DNA of 64,000 nucleotides. Source: Candidatus Marinacidobacterales bacterium. GTDB taxonomy: Bacteria > Acidobacteriota > Vicinamibacteria > Marinacidobacterales > DATDRI01. The stretch is from positions 1,472,001 through 1,536,000 of the forward strand of contig OZ245365.1 of assembly GCA_965226495.1 (NCBI GenBank), read 5' to 3'. The notes under the pieces were generated by a model, which was not told the DNA's origin, made no database searches, and worked only from the letters and a program-made list of their open reading frames with translations. The position numbers and the translations under genes are program-made. Below, piece by piece: positions 38,059 to 47,653 of this stretch; positions within the stretch are counted from its first letter, which is position 1, and every line of letters begins with the position of its first letter.

Positions 38059-39783
38059 GTGTCCACTCACGTTGTCGAGCCCCATGGGGGCTCACTACAG
38101 AATTTAATGGTTTCCGACGGGCGGGGTGCCGAGATCCAAGCCGCGTCCCGCGATTGGCCTTCCTGGGATCTCACGGGTCGGCAGCTCTGTGACCTCGAGT
38201 TGCTGCTCAACGGTGCCTTTTCACCTTTGAAGGGGTTCATGGGGCGGGCCGATTACGAAAAAGTCTGCGAGTCCATGCGACTAGCCAACGGCTTGCTCTG
38301 GCCCATTCCGATCGTGCTCGACGTGACGGAAGATGTGGCGAAAGGCCTCGAGTCCGGCTCCACCTTGGCGCTCCGGGATCCAGAAGGCGTCATGCTGGCG
38401 GCGTTGCACGTAGATGACGTATGGCAACCCGATCGCACTGCCGAAGTGAAGTCCGTATACGGGACGGAAAACCGCGAGCACCCAGGCGTCGCGCACGTAC
38501 TCGAGAGGACGAATCCGTACTATGTGGGTGGAAGACTCGAGGGTCTTCAGCTCCCGATTCATTACGATTTCGGTTCGCTTCGGCTAACGCCCGAAGAGCT
38601 TCGGGCCAATTTCTCCCGGCTCGGCTGGCGACGGGTGGTTGCGTTTCAAACTCGTAACCCGATGCATCGCGCACACTTCGAGCTGACCCTGCGAGCCGCC
38701 AAAGAGGCGGAGACCAACCTCTTGATCCATCCGGTCGTTGGAATGACCAAGCCGGGCGATTTGGATCACTACACCCGCGTTCGCTGTTATCAAGCACTAC
38801 TGCCTCACTACCCGAAGAACACTGTCAAGCTTTCTCTGCTGCCGTTGGCCATGCGTATGGGGGGGCCGAGAGAAGCGGTCTGGCACGCGATCATCCGCAA
38901 GAACTACGGGTGCACCCATCTCATCGTCGGACGAGACCATGCCGGTCCGGGTAGCGACTCGAAGGGGAAGCCCTTCTATGGACCCTACGACGCTCAGGAG
39001 CTTCTGAAGAAGCACGAGTCAGAAATCGGCGTCGAAATGGTTCCTTTCAAGATGGTCGTATACGTCGAGGAGCAAGATACCTATTTTCCGGTCGACGAGG
39101 TTTCGGAAGGAACGCGGACCCTCAATATTTCGGGAACCGAGTTGAGAGAGCGACTCGCCGGAGGTAGAGAGATTCCCGGCTGGTTTACCTTCCCCGACGT
39201 GGCGCAAGAGTTACAGCGTACCCATCCCCCACGACACAAGCAGGGATTCACCGTTTTCTTTACCGGGCTCTCCGGCGCTGGAAAGTCCACTATCGCCAAC
39301 GTGCTCCTGGTCAAGTTTCTGGAGCTGGGTGGCCGTCCGGTAACGCTTCTGGACGGAGACATTGTCCGCAAAAACTTGTCGTCTGAGCTGGGTTTTTCGA
39401 AAGAGCATCGAGACATCAACATCCTCCGTATCGGTTATGTGGCGTCCGAGATATCACAAAACGGCGGCATAGCCATCTGCGCTCCCATCGCTCCGTATGA
39501 GAACGTACGTCGCGAAGTGCGTAGCATGATCGAGAAGGTCGGCGGGTTCTGCCTGGTCCACATCGCGACGCCTCTCGAAGTTTGTGAGCAGCGGGATCGA
39601 AAGGGCATGTACGCCAAGGCTCGAGCGGGCATCATTAAAGAGTTCACAGGAATATCGGATCCCTATGAAGCACCTCCGGCGTCGGAGGTGACCGTCAACA
39701 CCACGGACATGAGCCCGGAGGAAGCGGCCAACCAGATCATGCTGCACCTGGAACGGCAGGGCTATATAGGCGTCACGAGCTAG
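38059..39783 (+). CDS. Bifunctional sulfate adenylyltransferase / adenylyl-sulfate kinase (Sat-CysC)
   Basis: AFQTRNPMHRAH, GPREAVWHA, VGRDHAG, FTGLSGAGKST, LLDGD, FTGISDPYE; SD GAGGAG before GTG 38059. Confidence 0.95.
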   Translation: MSTHVVEPHGGSLQNLMVSDGRGAEIQAASRDWPSWDLTGRQLCDLELLLNGAFSPLKGFMGRADYEKVCESMRLANGLLWPIPIVLDVTEDVAKGLESGSTLALRDPEGVMLAALHVDDVWQPDRTAEVKSVYGTENREHPGVAHVLERTNPYYVGGRLEGLQLPIHYDFGSLRLTPEELRANFSRLGWRRVVAFQTRNPMHRAHFELTLRAAKEAETNLLIHPVVGMTKPGDLDHYTRVRCYQALLPHYPKNTVKLSLLPLAMRMGGPREAVWHAIIRKNYGCTHLIVGRDHAGPGSDSKGKPFYGPYDAQELLKKHESEIGVEMVPFKMVVYVEEQDTYFPVDEVSEGTRTLNISGTELRERLAGGREIPGWFTFPDVAQELQRTHPPRHKQGFTVFFTGLSGAGKSTIANVLLVKFLELGGRPVTLLDGDIVRKNLSSELGFSKEHRDINILRIGYVASEISQNGGIAICAPIAPYENVRREVRSMIEKVGGFCLVHIATPLEVCEQRDRKGMYAKARAGIIKEFTGISDPYEAPPASEVTVNTTDMSPEEAANQIMLHLERQGYIGVTS

Positions 39784-39845
39784 GTCGGTCGTCGAACTTG
39801 CACGCAATGGGTTGCCATTCAGGCGCTTTTCCCGTATCATCGACA

Positions 39846-39949
39846 AGTTCACAAGCAAATAAGTTCTGCGGCCTGTCCGAAGTTATTGGTCGCAAAGAGT
39901 CCGGGCTCCCTTAGCCGGGAGTGCGGTGTGGCTCCTTTCTGAGCCTTTT
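39846..39949 (+). ncRNA. Putative small structured RNA, unassigned family
   Basis: Promoter TTGCCA-17-TATCAT (39812-39840), stems AATAAGTTC/GAAGTTATT and CTCCC/GGGAG, terminator-like GGCTC..GAGCC-TTTT. Confidence 0.45.
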
Positions 39950-39959
39950 CCCAACCAGT

Positions 39960-40063
39960 GCTTGGAGGGGCGGCACGTCGTGCCGTCCCTCCAAGCGTTG
40001 ACCCGCAAGATGGTCTCTTCTTCCGCTAATCCCTCTCCCTTTGGGAGAGGGCCTGGGTGAGGG
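39960..40063. repeat. Two REP-like palindromes
   Basis: GCTTGGAGGGGCGGCACG-T-CGTGCCGTCCCTCCAAGC and CCCTCTCCC-TTT-GGGAGAGGG-CCTGGGTGAGGG. Confidence 0.7.
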
Positions 40064-40311
40064 TGGAACGCTCTTCATCCGTTAATGCCTAACCCCTCAC
40101 GGTAGACTGCGGCCGTCAAGATACGCTGTGCCAAAGAAAAACGTTGCCAGACGGCGGGTGAGGGCAACGGTCGTCTTCGTGGCCGGCGTTCAAAACCATC
40201 CTCACATTCGCAACAGCTTCCGCGGCGGGTGGAACGGCCGGGTAGGTTAGAATGTTCTTCGGCTCTCCCGTGAGCAAATCGAGATTTCATTGAGGAACAG
40301 GTGACTTTGTT

Positions 40312-41094
40312 GTGAGCAACCATGATGTGGAGGCGCGGAGAGAGGATCTCGAGCGCATCAAGAAGGCGCTAGACGAGTCGGCGCGAATCGCTAGTTCTTT
40401 TACGCCGGACAGATTCGAGACCGAGCAGAAGGGGTCTCGTGGTCCCGTCACGGCAGCTGACCGTGCGGTGAACGAGTTTCTACTGGAGACACTTCCTCGC
40501 GACGGGGACGGTTGGCTCTCGGAGGAAACCGTCGATGAGCCCAGCCGTCTGGATCGGCGGAGGGTTTGGGTTGTCGATCCCATCGACGGCACGTTGGAGT
40601 TCGTAGAAGGAATCCCCGAATGGTGTGTCTCGATTGGGCTCGTGGAGGACGGGCGGGCAGTGGCGGGGGGGATTTGCAATCCCGCCGCCGGCGAGGTCTT
40701 CCTTGGCTCGGTGGAGACAGGCATCAGCTTTAACGGCGAGGCGTTGGAGGTTCCCGTGCGACGGGACACCCAGGACCAATTGGTTCTTGCGAGTCGCAGT
40801 GAGATTAAGCGCGGGGAATGGGCCGCCTACGAGAGTCGAGGGTTCACGATTCAACCGATGGGCTCGGTGGCCTATAAGTTGGCTCGAGTGGCGGCAGGAC
40901 TAGCCAATGCGACGTGGACGCTGGTTCCCAAGCATGAGTGGGACGTAGCCGCTGGAGCGGCACTCGTCGTCGCTTCGGGCGGCGTCGTGAAGACGCTCGG
41001 GGGGGAGGTACCGGTTTTCAACCGCTCCAAGCCCAAACTCACAGGCCTCTTGGCCTTTGGTCCCGGCCAAGAGCACCTTTTCGAAACAGCCTAG
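40312..41094 (+). CDS. cysQ: 3'(2'),5'-bisphosphate nucleotidase
   Basis: PVTAAD, WLSEE, WVVDPIDGTLEF, ASRSE, GSVAYKL, EWDVAAG. Confidence 0.85.
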   Translation: MSNHDVEARREDLERIKKALDESARIASSFTPDRFETEQKGSRGPVTAADRAVNEFLLETLPRDGDGWLSEETVDEPSRLDRRRVWVVDPIDGTLEFVEGIPEWCVSIGLVEDGRAVAGGICNPAAGEVFLGSVETGISFNGEALEVPVRRDTQDQLVLASRSEIKRGEWAAYESRGFTIQPMGSVAYKLARVAAGLANATWTLVPKHEWDVAAGAALVVASGGVVKTLGGEVPVFNRSKPKLTGLLAFGPGQEHLFETA

Positions 41095-41103
41095 TCAAGA
41101 AGA

Positions 41104-41212
41104 CCGACGAGAGCCTTCAGCCCGGGCCTTCTCATCAATGCCGCGGGGCCCCACCCCCACGGCTGTCCCTCCGCCGGCAAGCGGCTTCGGGACGGCTGAA
41201 GGCTCTCGCCGG
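41104..41212. repeat. 19-bp inverted repeat enclosing about 70 nt
   Basis: CCGACGAGAGCCTTCAGCC / GGCTGAAGGCTCTCGCCGG, one mismatch. Confidence 0.7.
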
Positions 41213-41304
41213 CCGCTCGCACCTGAACCCGCTTTGACATTCGGCAAACTACTCGATATATTGGGTTAACTGTTTTCACCGAATCCAAAATCTAACGAGG
41301 CGTC

Positions 41305-42822
41305 ATGAAAAAAGGCGGTAGTTTTTCTACGGCCAGCCGTGTGGGCTTCGCGTTCGCGCTTTGGACCTTGCCGTTCCACGGTGTTGGCGCGCTGGCCGGC
41401 CCCGAAAAAGAGATCAAGTTGGGACCGGCGGAGCACCTCCTCGGGTTGAAGCTAGAGCGTAGCGAGGAAGGCATAGTCGCCATCGTCGAGGCCGATGGGG
41501 CGATGGAGCATCGCGTTTATGTTCAGGACGAGCCCCTGAGGTTGGTGCTGGACATCCTGAACGTCACGAATCCGCTCCAGATTGAAGAGCTGCAGGAGTC
41601 CAATCCGTTATTGGAGCGTGTTTCCTCGCAAGAGTTACCCATGAGCGCCTACGTTCGGGGCGAGTACGAGAAGACATTTGGCCGAATTACGTTTGATCTA
41701 AAAGCCGCTGTTGAGTACCGGATCCTCACCGAGGAGCGGCAACTGACTGTCGATCTCATTCGCAAAACGTTTGACGAGGACGAACCCTCGGCGGTGTCCG
41801 ACGCGGCGGAGACCTCGGACGACTCGAACACCGACAGTCTGGCGACGAACGACCAAATCACCAATGGGCCGACTGGCAATGACCTCGACACCGATTTAAC
41901 GACTGTCATCGACGAGGTTGCGGAGGCCGACGATGCCGCCGAGGAAGACGAGGTTGCCGATGTCGCCGAGCCCGCTGAGGAAGACGCGGCAGTCAATCCA
42001 AACATCGAACCCCCGGATATCGACCCGGCGCTGTTTTTCAATCAAGGTGGCGCTTCGTCAGACGGGTACCGTCTCGGTCCCGAGGACGTCATAGAGGTCC
42101 GGGTATTCGAGTTGGATCAACTCAATCGAACCCTGCGCGTATCGGGTGATGGCAATATGGAGCTTCCTTTGATTGGCTCGTTTCAGGTAAATGGATTGAC
42201 TCCGGACGATGTTGCGAGCCGGGTTGCGGATCGACTTCGGAACCGATTTGTTCAGAATCCCCAAGTGAGCGTTTTCGTCAAGGAGTTTCATTCTCAGAAC
42301 GTATCGCTGCTCGGAGCGATCAAGAACCCGGCTACCTATCCCCTGGTGGGTCGTCGAAACATACTGCAGATTCTGGCAGACGCGGGCGGCTTGAGCGGCG
42401 ACGCGGGCAAAGTACTGTTCGTGTTTCGCCAAGCGGACGACGGGCGAAGCGCTCGCCTTTCCGTCCCGTTGCACGATCTTTTGATCCTTGGCGACCCGCA
42501 GTGGAACATTTGGCTGCGGCCGGGAGACATTGTCAGCGTTCCGCCCGAGGCGGCGCTCAGTGTTTCCGTACTCGGTGCGGTACGAAGCCCCGGTGTCTAC
42601 AAGTTGCCGATGGGGGACGGTGCATCCATTCTGAATGCGATCGCACGTGCGGGCGGTCTCGACGATCGAGCCTCGAAAGGAGGCATTCATATCAAACGGC
42701 GGGACCCATCCGGAGAGGAAACGATTTTGAAAGTAGATCTCGGGGATGTTCTTTCCGGCAAGGATCCGGATGTGGTCCTTCAAGAGGGGGATGTCGTCGT
42801 GGTCAAGGAAAGCTTCTTCTAG
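41305..42822 (+). CDS. Polysaccharide export (OPX) protein with N-terminal AMIN-like domain
   Basis: EPLRLVLDI..RITFDL (AMIN-like), acidic linker, YRLGPEDVIEV..LPLIG..NPQVSVFV (Poly_export), SLBB repeats, ends VVVKESFF; promoter TTGACA-17-TATATT at 41234-41262. Confidence 0.85.
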   Translation: MKKGGSFSTASRVGFAFALWTLPFHGVGALAGPEKEIKLGPAEHLLGLKLERSEEGIVAIVEADGAMEHRVYVQDEPLRLVLDILNVTNPLQIEELQESNPLLERVSSQELPMSAYVRGEYEKTFGRITFDLKAAVEYRILTEERQLTVDLIRKTFDEDEPSAVSDAAETSDDSNTDSLATNDQITNGPTGNDLDTDLTTVIDEVAEADDAAEEDEVADVAEPAEEDAAVNPNIEPPDIDPALFFNQGGASSDGYRLGPEDVIEVRVFELDQLNRTLRVSGDGNMELPLIGSFQVNGLTPDDVASRVADRLRNRFVQNPQVSVFVKEFHSQNVSLLGAIKNPATYPLVGRRNILQILADAGGLSGDAGKVLFVFRQADDGRSARLSVPLHDLLILGDPQWNIWLRPGDIVSVPPEAALSVSVLGAVRSPGVYKLPMGDGASILNAIARAGGLDDRASKGGIHIKRRDPSGEETILKVDLGDVLSGKDPDVVLQEGDVVVVKESFF

Positions 42823-42871
42823 CCACTCACCCCGAGGCGGGTCATTGCCTCGACTTCTCCTAGTCTTCCTC

Positions 42872-44152
42872 TTACTCTGGTGGGCTGGCTTCGTCGCCGC
42901 CGGTGGTGGTCACGACCACGGCTCCGCCAGTCGCGACAGCTGCCCCCGACACGACGATGACCAACCCGGTCGTCAGGCCAGCACCCGCTGCCGCGCCACC
43001 CCCTACCGCAGCAGCGGTGACCGCGGTGGTGACACCGGCCGCGCTGATAAAGCTGGTAATGCCGAGTGCTTGAAAGCCGGGTGGAACGGCTCCGGCACCT
43101 GCGGAAGTTGCACCGACCGCAATCTCTGGGGTGCCGTCGTAATAGGCGGCGGGATCGCGCTCGCAGGCGTCGTCGTTGATCGGCGGATCGTGTTCCGCGG
43201 TTTGGGCCGTGTTGTACAACCGGTCGACGGCTTCGACGTAGTAAATGATACGCTCGGTCTCTGGGCTCGGCTTTGGGAGAATCGCTCGGAAATCGTCAGG
43301 CGTCTCCAATCCCAAACCGGCCGCCTCGACGTAATAGAAGTCGGGGTACTTATCGGATCGGAAGTAGACTCGAGAGACTTCCACGTTGGCTCCGGGAATG
43401 ATTTTCGAATCAACCAGCGGGAACTGATCGTGGTTGAGACACTCGAGCTCCGAATGGTGGATGGTGGGTCCGTTCGGGTTGGCCTCCACCATGTCGGGCA
43501 TATGAGGCTCTCCCGCATCCGGCGAAGTCGGACCGAGCGCATCGTTTGTCGTCTGGGGGTCTAGCTCCGGCTGCTGTTCGGTCCCCTCGACTCCTTCTGC
43601 TTCCTCTCCCGTAGACGGAGTGTCCGGTTCGTTCGTTTGAGGTGACTCTGGAAACGGAGAGAGAGGCTTGCCGATCGGTGATTGTTGGGTTAGGAAGCGA
43701 TGCGGCCCGATAGTGACGACCTGGGCTTGTGCGAGCAGCTCGGAGCTACAATTGCCGAGTATCACCGACGCGGTCTTGGCGCTTTTATCGAGACGAAAAC
43801 AACTCTCCAAAAGGAAAGTCATTCCGGCTCGCGCATCCAAACGCTCGGTCACTGGGTACTCTACGCCTTGATGCAGGAGCGTGAAGCCGTAAATGGCGGC
43901 GGGGGCATCCGATACGAAGAAGCTACCATGACCGTCGGTAATCGAGCCGCGCAGCGATTGGTTGTTGGTTATGGCGTGTGCTTGAACTGTGACGTTTGAG
44001 AGAGGTGTCCGGCTATCGGTGTCGAAGACCTTGCCCGTTATGGACCCCATGATCGGTGCGCTCTGTGACAGGGCAGGCACAGGAATTCCGATCGCCAACA
44101 GGGAAGCTGCGCAAATGAGCGCGACAGCGACACGCAATGGGCTCGTGGTCAT
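42872..44152 (-). CDS. Secreted protein with carboxypeptidase-regulatory-like domain and hydrophobic Gly/Ala C-terminal tail
   Basis: Signal peptide, GSITGKVFD..TDGHGSF, RVYFRS..YYVEA beta domain, C-terminal hydrophobic stretch. Confidence 0.7.
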   Translation of the reverse strand: MTTSPLRVAVALICAASLLAIGIPVPALSQSAPIMGSITGKVFDTDSRTPLSNVTVQAHAITNNQSLRGSITDGHGSFFVSDAPAAIYGFTLLHQGVEYPVTERLDARAGMTFLLESCFRLDKSAKTASVILGNCSSELLAQAQVVTIGPHRFLTQQSPIGKPLSPFPESPQTNEPDTPSTGEEAEGVEGTEQQPELDPQTTNDALGPTSPDAGEPHMPDMVEANPNGPTIHHSELECLNHDQFPLVDSKIIPGANVEVSRVYFRSDKYPDFYYVEAAGLGLETPDDFRAILPKPSPETERIIYYVEAVDRLYNTAQTAEHDPPINDDACERDPAAYYDGTPEIAVGATSAGAGAVPPGFQALGITSFISAAGVTTAVTAAAVGGGAAAGAGLTTGLVIVVSGAAVATGGAVVVTTTGGDEASPPE

Positions 44153-44156
44153 CTAA

Positions 44157-44238
44157 CCCTCACCCGGCGTCTGGCGTCGTCGATAGCAGCACGGCATTGC
44201 CTGACGCCCCCTCTCCCACAGGGAGAGGGAATAAAGGA
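44157..44238. repeat. REP-like element CCCTCACCC..CCCTCTCCC-N3-GGGAGAGGG
   Basis: Same core as 40031-40051 and 57268-57288. Confidence 0.7.
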
Positions 44239-44439
44239 AGAAAACCAGCATCGTTTCCCCTCCTGAACGACTCGACCACACCCATGGATTCGCGCCTCCA
44301 GCCTTTCGGCCAGTCCTCGCAAGAACGATTAACAGTTGTTAGAGCGGAAGTCTTTAGTTGTACGTATTTTAACTCCCCAACCCGGTCCGAGTCAAAGCCA
44401 GTGTCTAGGGCGAAGAAACCCTCGGAGGTGGCTAAACTG

Positions 44440-44886
44440 TTATGCAAGCGCTGAGCCCGGCGTGGCGTAGGCCACCTCCTCTTCATTCTTACAGGCGGTG
44501 GACTCGCTGTTAGCCATCTGCACTTTCCCTTGGAAGAAAGCGCCATCCGCAATGGACACCACTCTCGCTTGGATATCGCCCCGGACCCGACCCGTTGAGT
44601 AGATCTCGACTTTCTCCGTCGCCGTAACCTCACCCTCGATCTCGCCTTCGACTACGATGTCCCTGGCGGTTATGTTCCCAATGAGTCGGCCCGATTCCCG
44701 GATCGCGAGGACACCGTCTACATCGAGGCTCCCCTCTATCGTTCCTCGAAGCTCGACGTTGGACCTGGCCTTGAACTCACCCTTTATTTGAACCCCGGCG
44801 GCAATCACCGTGTTCTCGTTTCTACGGGTGGGTTCAGAAACCCTTCGTGAGGCTGGGGAGGGCTCAGGACCCTTCTTCTGAAGCAT
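44440..44886 (-). CDS. Bactofilin (polymer-forming cytoskeletal protein)
   Basis: TVIAAGVQIKGE..GTIEGSL..VEGEIEGEV..GRVRGDI..DGAFFQGKV. Confidence 0.9.
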   Translation of the reverse strand: MLQKKGPEPSPASRRVSEPTRRNENTVIAAGVQIKGEFKARSNVELRGTIEGSLDVDGVLAIRESGRLIGNITARDIVVEGEIEGEVTATEKVEIYSTGRVRGDIQARVVSIADGAFFQGKVQMANSESTACKNEEEVAYATPGSALA

Positions 44887-44930
44887 AGTGGTCTCCCTGG
44901 ACCTGGTTACAGGCCACCGCTTCGAGGGGA

Positions 44931-44947
44931 AGCAATCTCTGTACCAA
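44931..44947 (-). promoter_or_regulatory. Sigma54-type promoter upstream of bactofilin
   Basis: Minus strand TTGGTACAGAGATTGCT, GG-N10-GC. Confidence 0.6.
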
Positions 44948-45188
44948 CGGTTGGCGGGTTGACGGCCTCCCGGCGTGGGGGGAAGTGATTGACCGGAAAC
45001 GGAGTTGGCGCCCCAAGGCCCGTACGGCCGAGTCGGCAGTGGCAGGCAGTGTGGCAGTTTACCTACATGGCGGCGGGCAATGTCCCAATAGTTTGTCTGG
45101 GCGCCTTAGCTAACTTTGGCTAACTTTGACAAAGTGGCAACTAGCCATTTTGAAACCCGCGGTTAGCAGTGATTGCTACACGTTCCCG

Positions 45189-46709
45189 TTATCCTGCTCC
45201 TCGTACTTTCTCGTGATAGGAAAGTGCGAGTACCGAGCAGGCAGCGCGATTAATGATGTGCATCCCGGTGTCAGGATTGAAGAAAGATGAACGACGGTGC
45301 GCGCGGCGAAACGCGATCAGCAAGTCTCCCTCGCCCGCCAACGCGGTGATCTCGGTCACCGGGTTTCCTTCCCGGTGAATCTGCTCGATTTTCATATGGT
45401 ACAGGGACGCCATGTCCATGACCGTCTTGAGAGCCCGTTTCTGTTCCTCAACCGCTTCGTGTCCGGTGATGAAGCTCGGTGGGGTGACGAGCACCGCGGT
45501 AATTTGAAGATCGAGCTGACGAGAGAGATCGATGGCTAGCTCTGCGGCCAAAAGCGAGCCCTCCGAATCACTGACTGGGAGGAGAATTCGTCTATAGGGG
45601 TGAGTCCCGGCCGCAAGGAGGGTCGGGCAGGGCATCAATTCCATCAGTTTGGTGAACGACGGTCGCAGGAATCCGTGTCGACTCAACCAACCGGCTTTCT
45701 TCTTGCGGATGACCAAGCATCCGCAATCGAGTGATGGAAGGTCACGTCGGATCGCCGCTTCGGCACCTTCGATCTCTGAGAAGGTCGCGACCTCGACTCG
45801 GATCCGATCCATGCTCATATCCGGGCCAGGCGCACTCTGGGGAAGCAGAAGGCGCAGAGCTCGAGTGCGAGTACGAGTGACAAAGTACTCCAGTTCGCTT
45901 CGGTACCTCTCTGGCAGTCGATCTCCGCCCACCGCCACCACTCGAATACCATATTGCGACGGGAATCGCGCGACGCCGGCCCGAAGATAGTCGCCGATAT
46001 GGGGGAGGATGTCTGGATCCCCGGTCAGTAACAAGCGGTCCCCGTTTCGGATCACGACATTGCCGTGAGGAACCATGAACTTGTCACCTCGGTAGATCGC
46101 GGCCACTAACCACCGGCCCGCTCGTAGGTCGGCGACCCGCACATCGACCGCAGGGGACGTGGGTAAGATCGGAATCTCCATGATTTCCCCGCGCCCGAGC
46201 CCCACGTTGATCGCTACTTGTTGTCCTCGTTCGATTTGGTTGAACACCAGGCCTGCTATTGCGGCCGGCCGCGTAAGAGCGACTGCTCCCACCGCCTTCA
46301 GCTTTTCTATCGCCTTGGGTTGACGCAGGATCCCGATGGCGGTTGGCGGTGTCTCGACTGAGAGAGCGACACGACACGCCTCGATGTTCACTTCGTCTAC
46401 ATCCGTAAGGGCGGCCACGAACTCCGCTCCTTCCACGCCGGCTTCGCGCAGGTTAATGAGGCTGGTCCCGTCTTTGTTGTAGATTTTTAGCGGGCGATCT
46501 GGAACCTCTTTGCTGAGCGTATCCAGTTTCTCTTGATCCGTGTCCAGGACCGCGATCTCCCAGGCGGCAGACAAGAGACGGACTAGAGCCCTGCCGGTTT
46601 GCCCAGCGCCCACGATAACGATGCGTCGACGGGGGACGGATTCCCGGTCATCCGCGAGCTGCTGGGACTCGACGTCCTGGGCGGTTGTCTTGATTCGCTT
46701 TTCTACCAT
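45189..46709 (-). CDS. TrkA-N/TrkA-C (RCK) protein fused to universal stress protein domain(s)
   Basis: IVIVGAGQTG, DGTS..DEVNIEAC, AIYRG..PHG..GDRLLL, RILLPVSDSEGS..EGNPV..CSVL. Confidence 0.8.
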   Translation of the reverse strand: MVEKRIKTTAQDVESQQLADDRESVPRRRIVIVGAGQTGRALVRLLSAAWEIAVLDTDQEKLDTLSKEVPDRPLKIYNKDGTSLINLREAGVEGAEFVAALTDVDEVNIEACRVALSVETPPTAIGILRQPKAIEKLKAVGAVALTRPAAIAGLVFNQIERGQQVAINVGLGRGEIMEIPILPTSPAVDVRVADLRAGRWLVAAIYRGDKFMVPHGNVVIRNGDRLLLTGDPDILPHIGDYLRAGVARFPSQYGIRVVAVGGDRLPERYRSELEYFVTRTRTRALRLLLPQSAPGPDMSMDRIRVEVATFSEIEGAEAAIRRDLPSLDCGCLVIRKKKAGWLSRHGFLRPSFTKLMELMPCPTLLAAGTHPYRRILLPVSDSEGSLLAAELAIDLSRQLDLQITAVLVTPPSFITGHEAVEEQKRALKTVMDMASLYHMKIEQIHREGNPVTEITALAGEGDLLIAFRRAHRRSSFFNPDTGMHIINRAACSVLALSYHEKVRGAG

Positions 46710-46711
46710 TC

Positions 46712-47647
46712 CTATCGGCGCGTCGGTCGCTTCTTCCGGGAACCTGAACTTTGACTCTTCCTGGCTCGTGGACGCTCGGCCCACCGCAGCTTGTTGCGGA
46801 GCACCTTGAAGTAATCCTGCTCCGGAAGATTCACCAGTTTTACGGAATTACGACTCTTGCGAACCCTTACCGTATCACCGATCTCCATCGGTTCGGCGGC
46901 CTGGCCGTCGAAGGTGGCGTAAACCTCATCGGATTCGCCCCTTAGAGTTAACTCCGCGATCGAGCGATCGGAAATGACGACCGGCCGATACGTCAGAGTA
47001 TGGGGACAAATTGGAGTGAGGAGCATCGAGCCGAGGCCCGGATGGAGAATGGGGCCTCCGGCGGCAAGCGAGTAGGCTGTGGAACCGGTTGGGGTGGAGA
47101 CGATGATTCCGTCGGCTCGAACCAGAGCAACCGAGTGGTCGTCGATTTGAACGCTCACTTCGATGATTCGAGCGATAGCGCCCTTGGTGATCACGACGTC
47201 GTTCAGAACCGTCTGGCGAGTAATCTCCTTCCCGTTTCGGCTGAGTACCGCATCCAGCATCATCCGCGATTGGATTGAGTAATTGCCCGCTAGGATCGAC
47301 TCCAATGCCGGGTAGAGCTGGGGCAAGGCGACATCGGTGAGGAATCCGAGGCTTCCTAAGTTGACGCCCAGGATCGGAATCTGTCGGGCTCCCATCGCTC
47401 GGACTGCCGACAGGAGAGTCCCATCGCCACCCAAAACGATCATGAGCTCGACATCGCGCGGCGGTTTGGTTAGCGCGAAGCTAGGACACTGTCCGTCGAA
47501 GAGTTCGCCGATCCTCGTCTCCACACACGGTTCCACCCGATGGCTCCTGAGCCAATCGACTAGACCGCGAACGACTGAAGAGGCTTCGTCGATATGAGGT
47601 TTGGCAATGATCGCCGCCTTGCGTACTTTCGCTCGTGTTGTTGTCAC
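46712..47647 (-). CDS. nadK: NAD kinase
   Basis: LGGDGTLL, GSLGFL, LNDVVI, DGIIVSTPTGSTAYSLAAGGP. Confidence 0.95.
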   Translation of the reverse strand: MTTTRAKVRKAAIIAKPHIDEASSVVRGLVDWLRSHRVEPCVETRIGELFDGQCPSFALTKPPRDVELMIVLGGDGTLLSAVRAMGARQIPILGVNLGSLGFLTDVALPQLYPALESILAGNYSIQSRMMLDAVLSRNGKEITRQTVLNDVVITKGAIARIIEVSVQIDDHSVALVRADGIIVSTPTGSTAYSLAAGGPILHPGLGSMLLTPICPHTLTYRPVVISDRSIAELTLRGESDEVYATFDGQAAEPMEIGDTVRVRKSRNSVKLVNLPEQDYFKVLRNKLRWAERPRARKSQSSGSRKKRPTRR

Positions 47648-47653
47648 GTTGGT

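Noticed and set aside
39853-39930. Firm call of a c-di-GMP-I riboswitch
   Set aside because: Tetraloop/receptor and P1 not recognisable; kept only as an unassigned RNA
41314-41321. GGCGGTAG as an RfaH ops element before the OPX gene
   Set aside because: Lies inside the predicted coding start, lacks the rest of the consensus, and an 8-mer is expected by chance at this GC content
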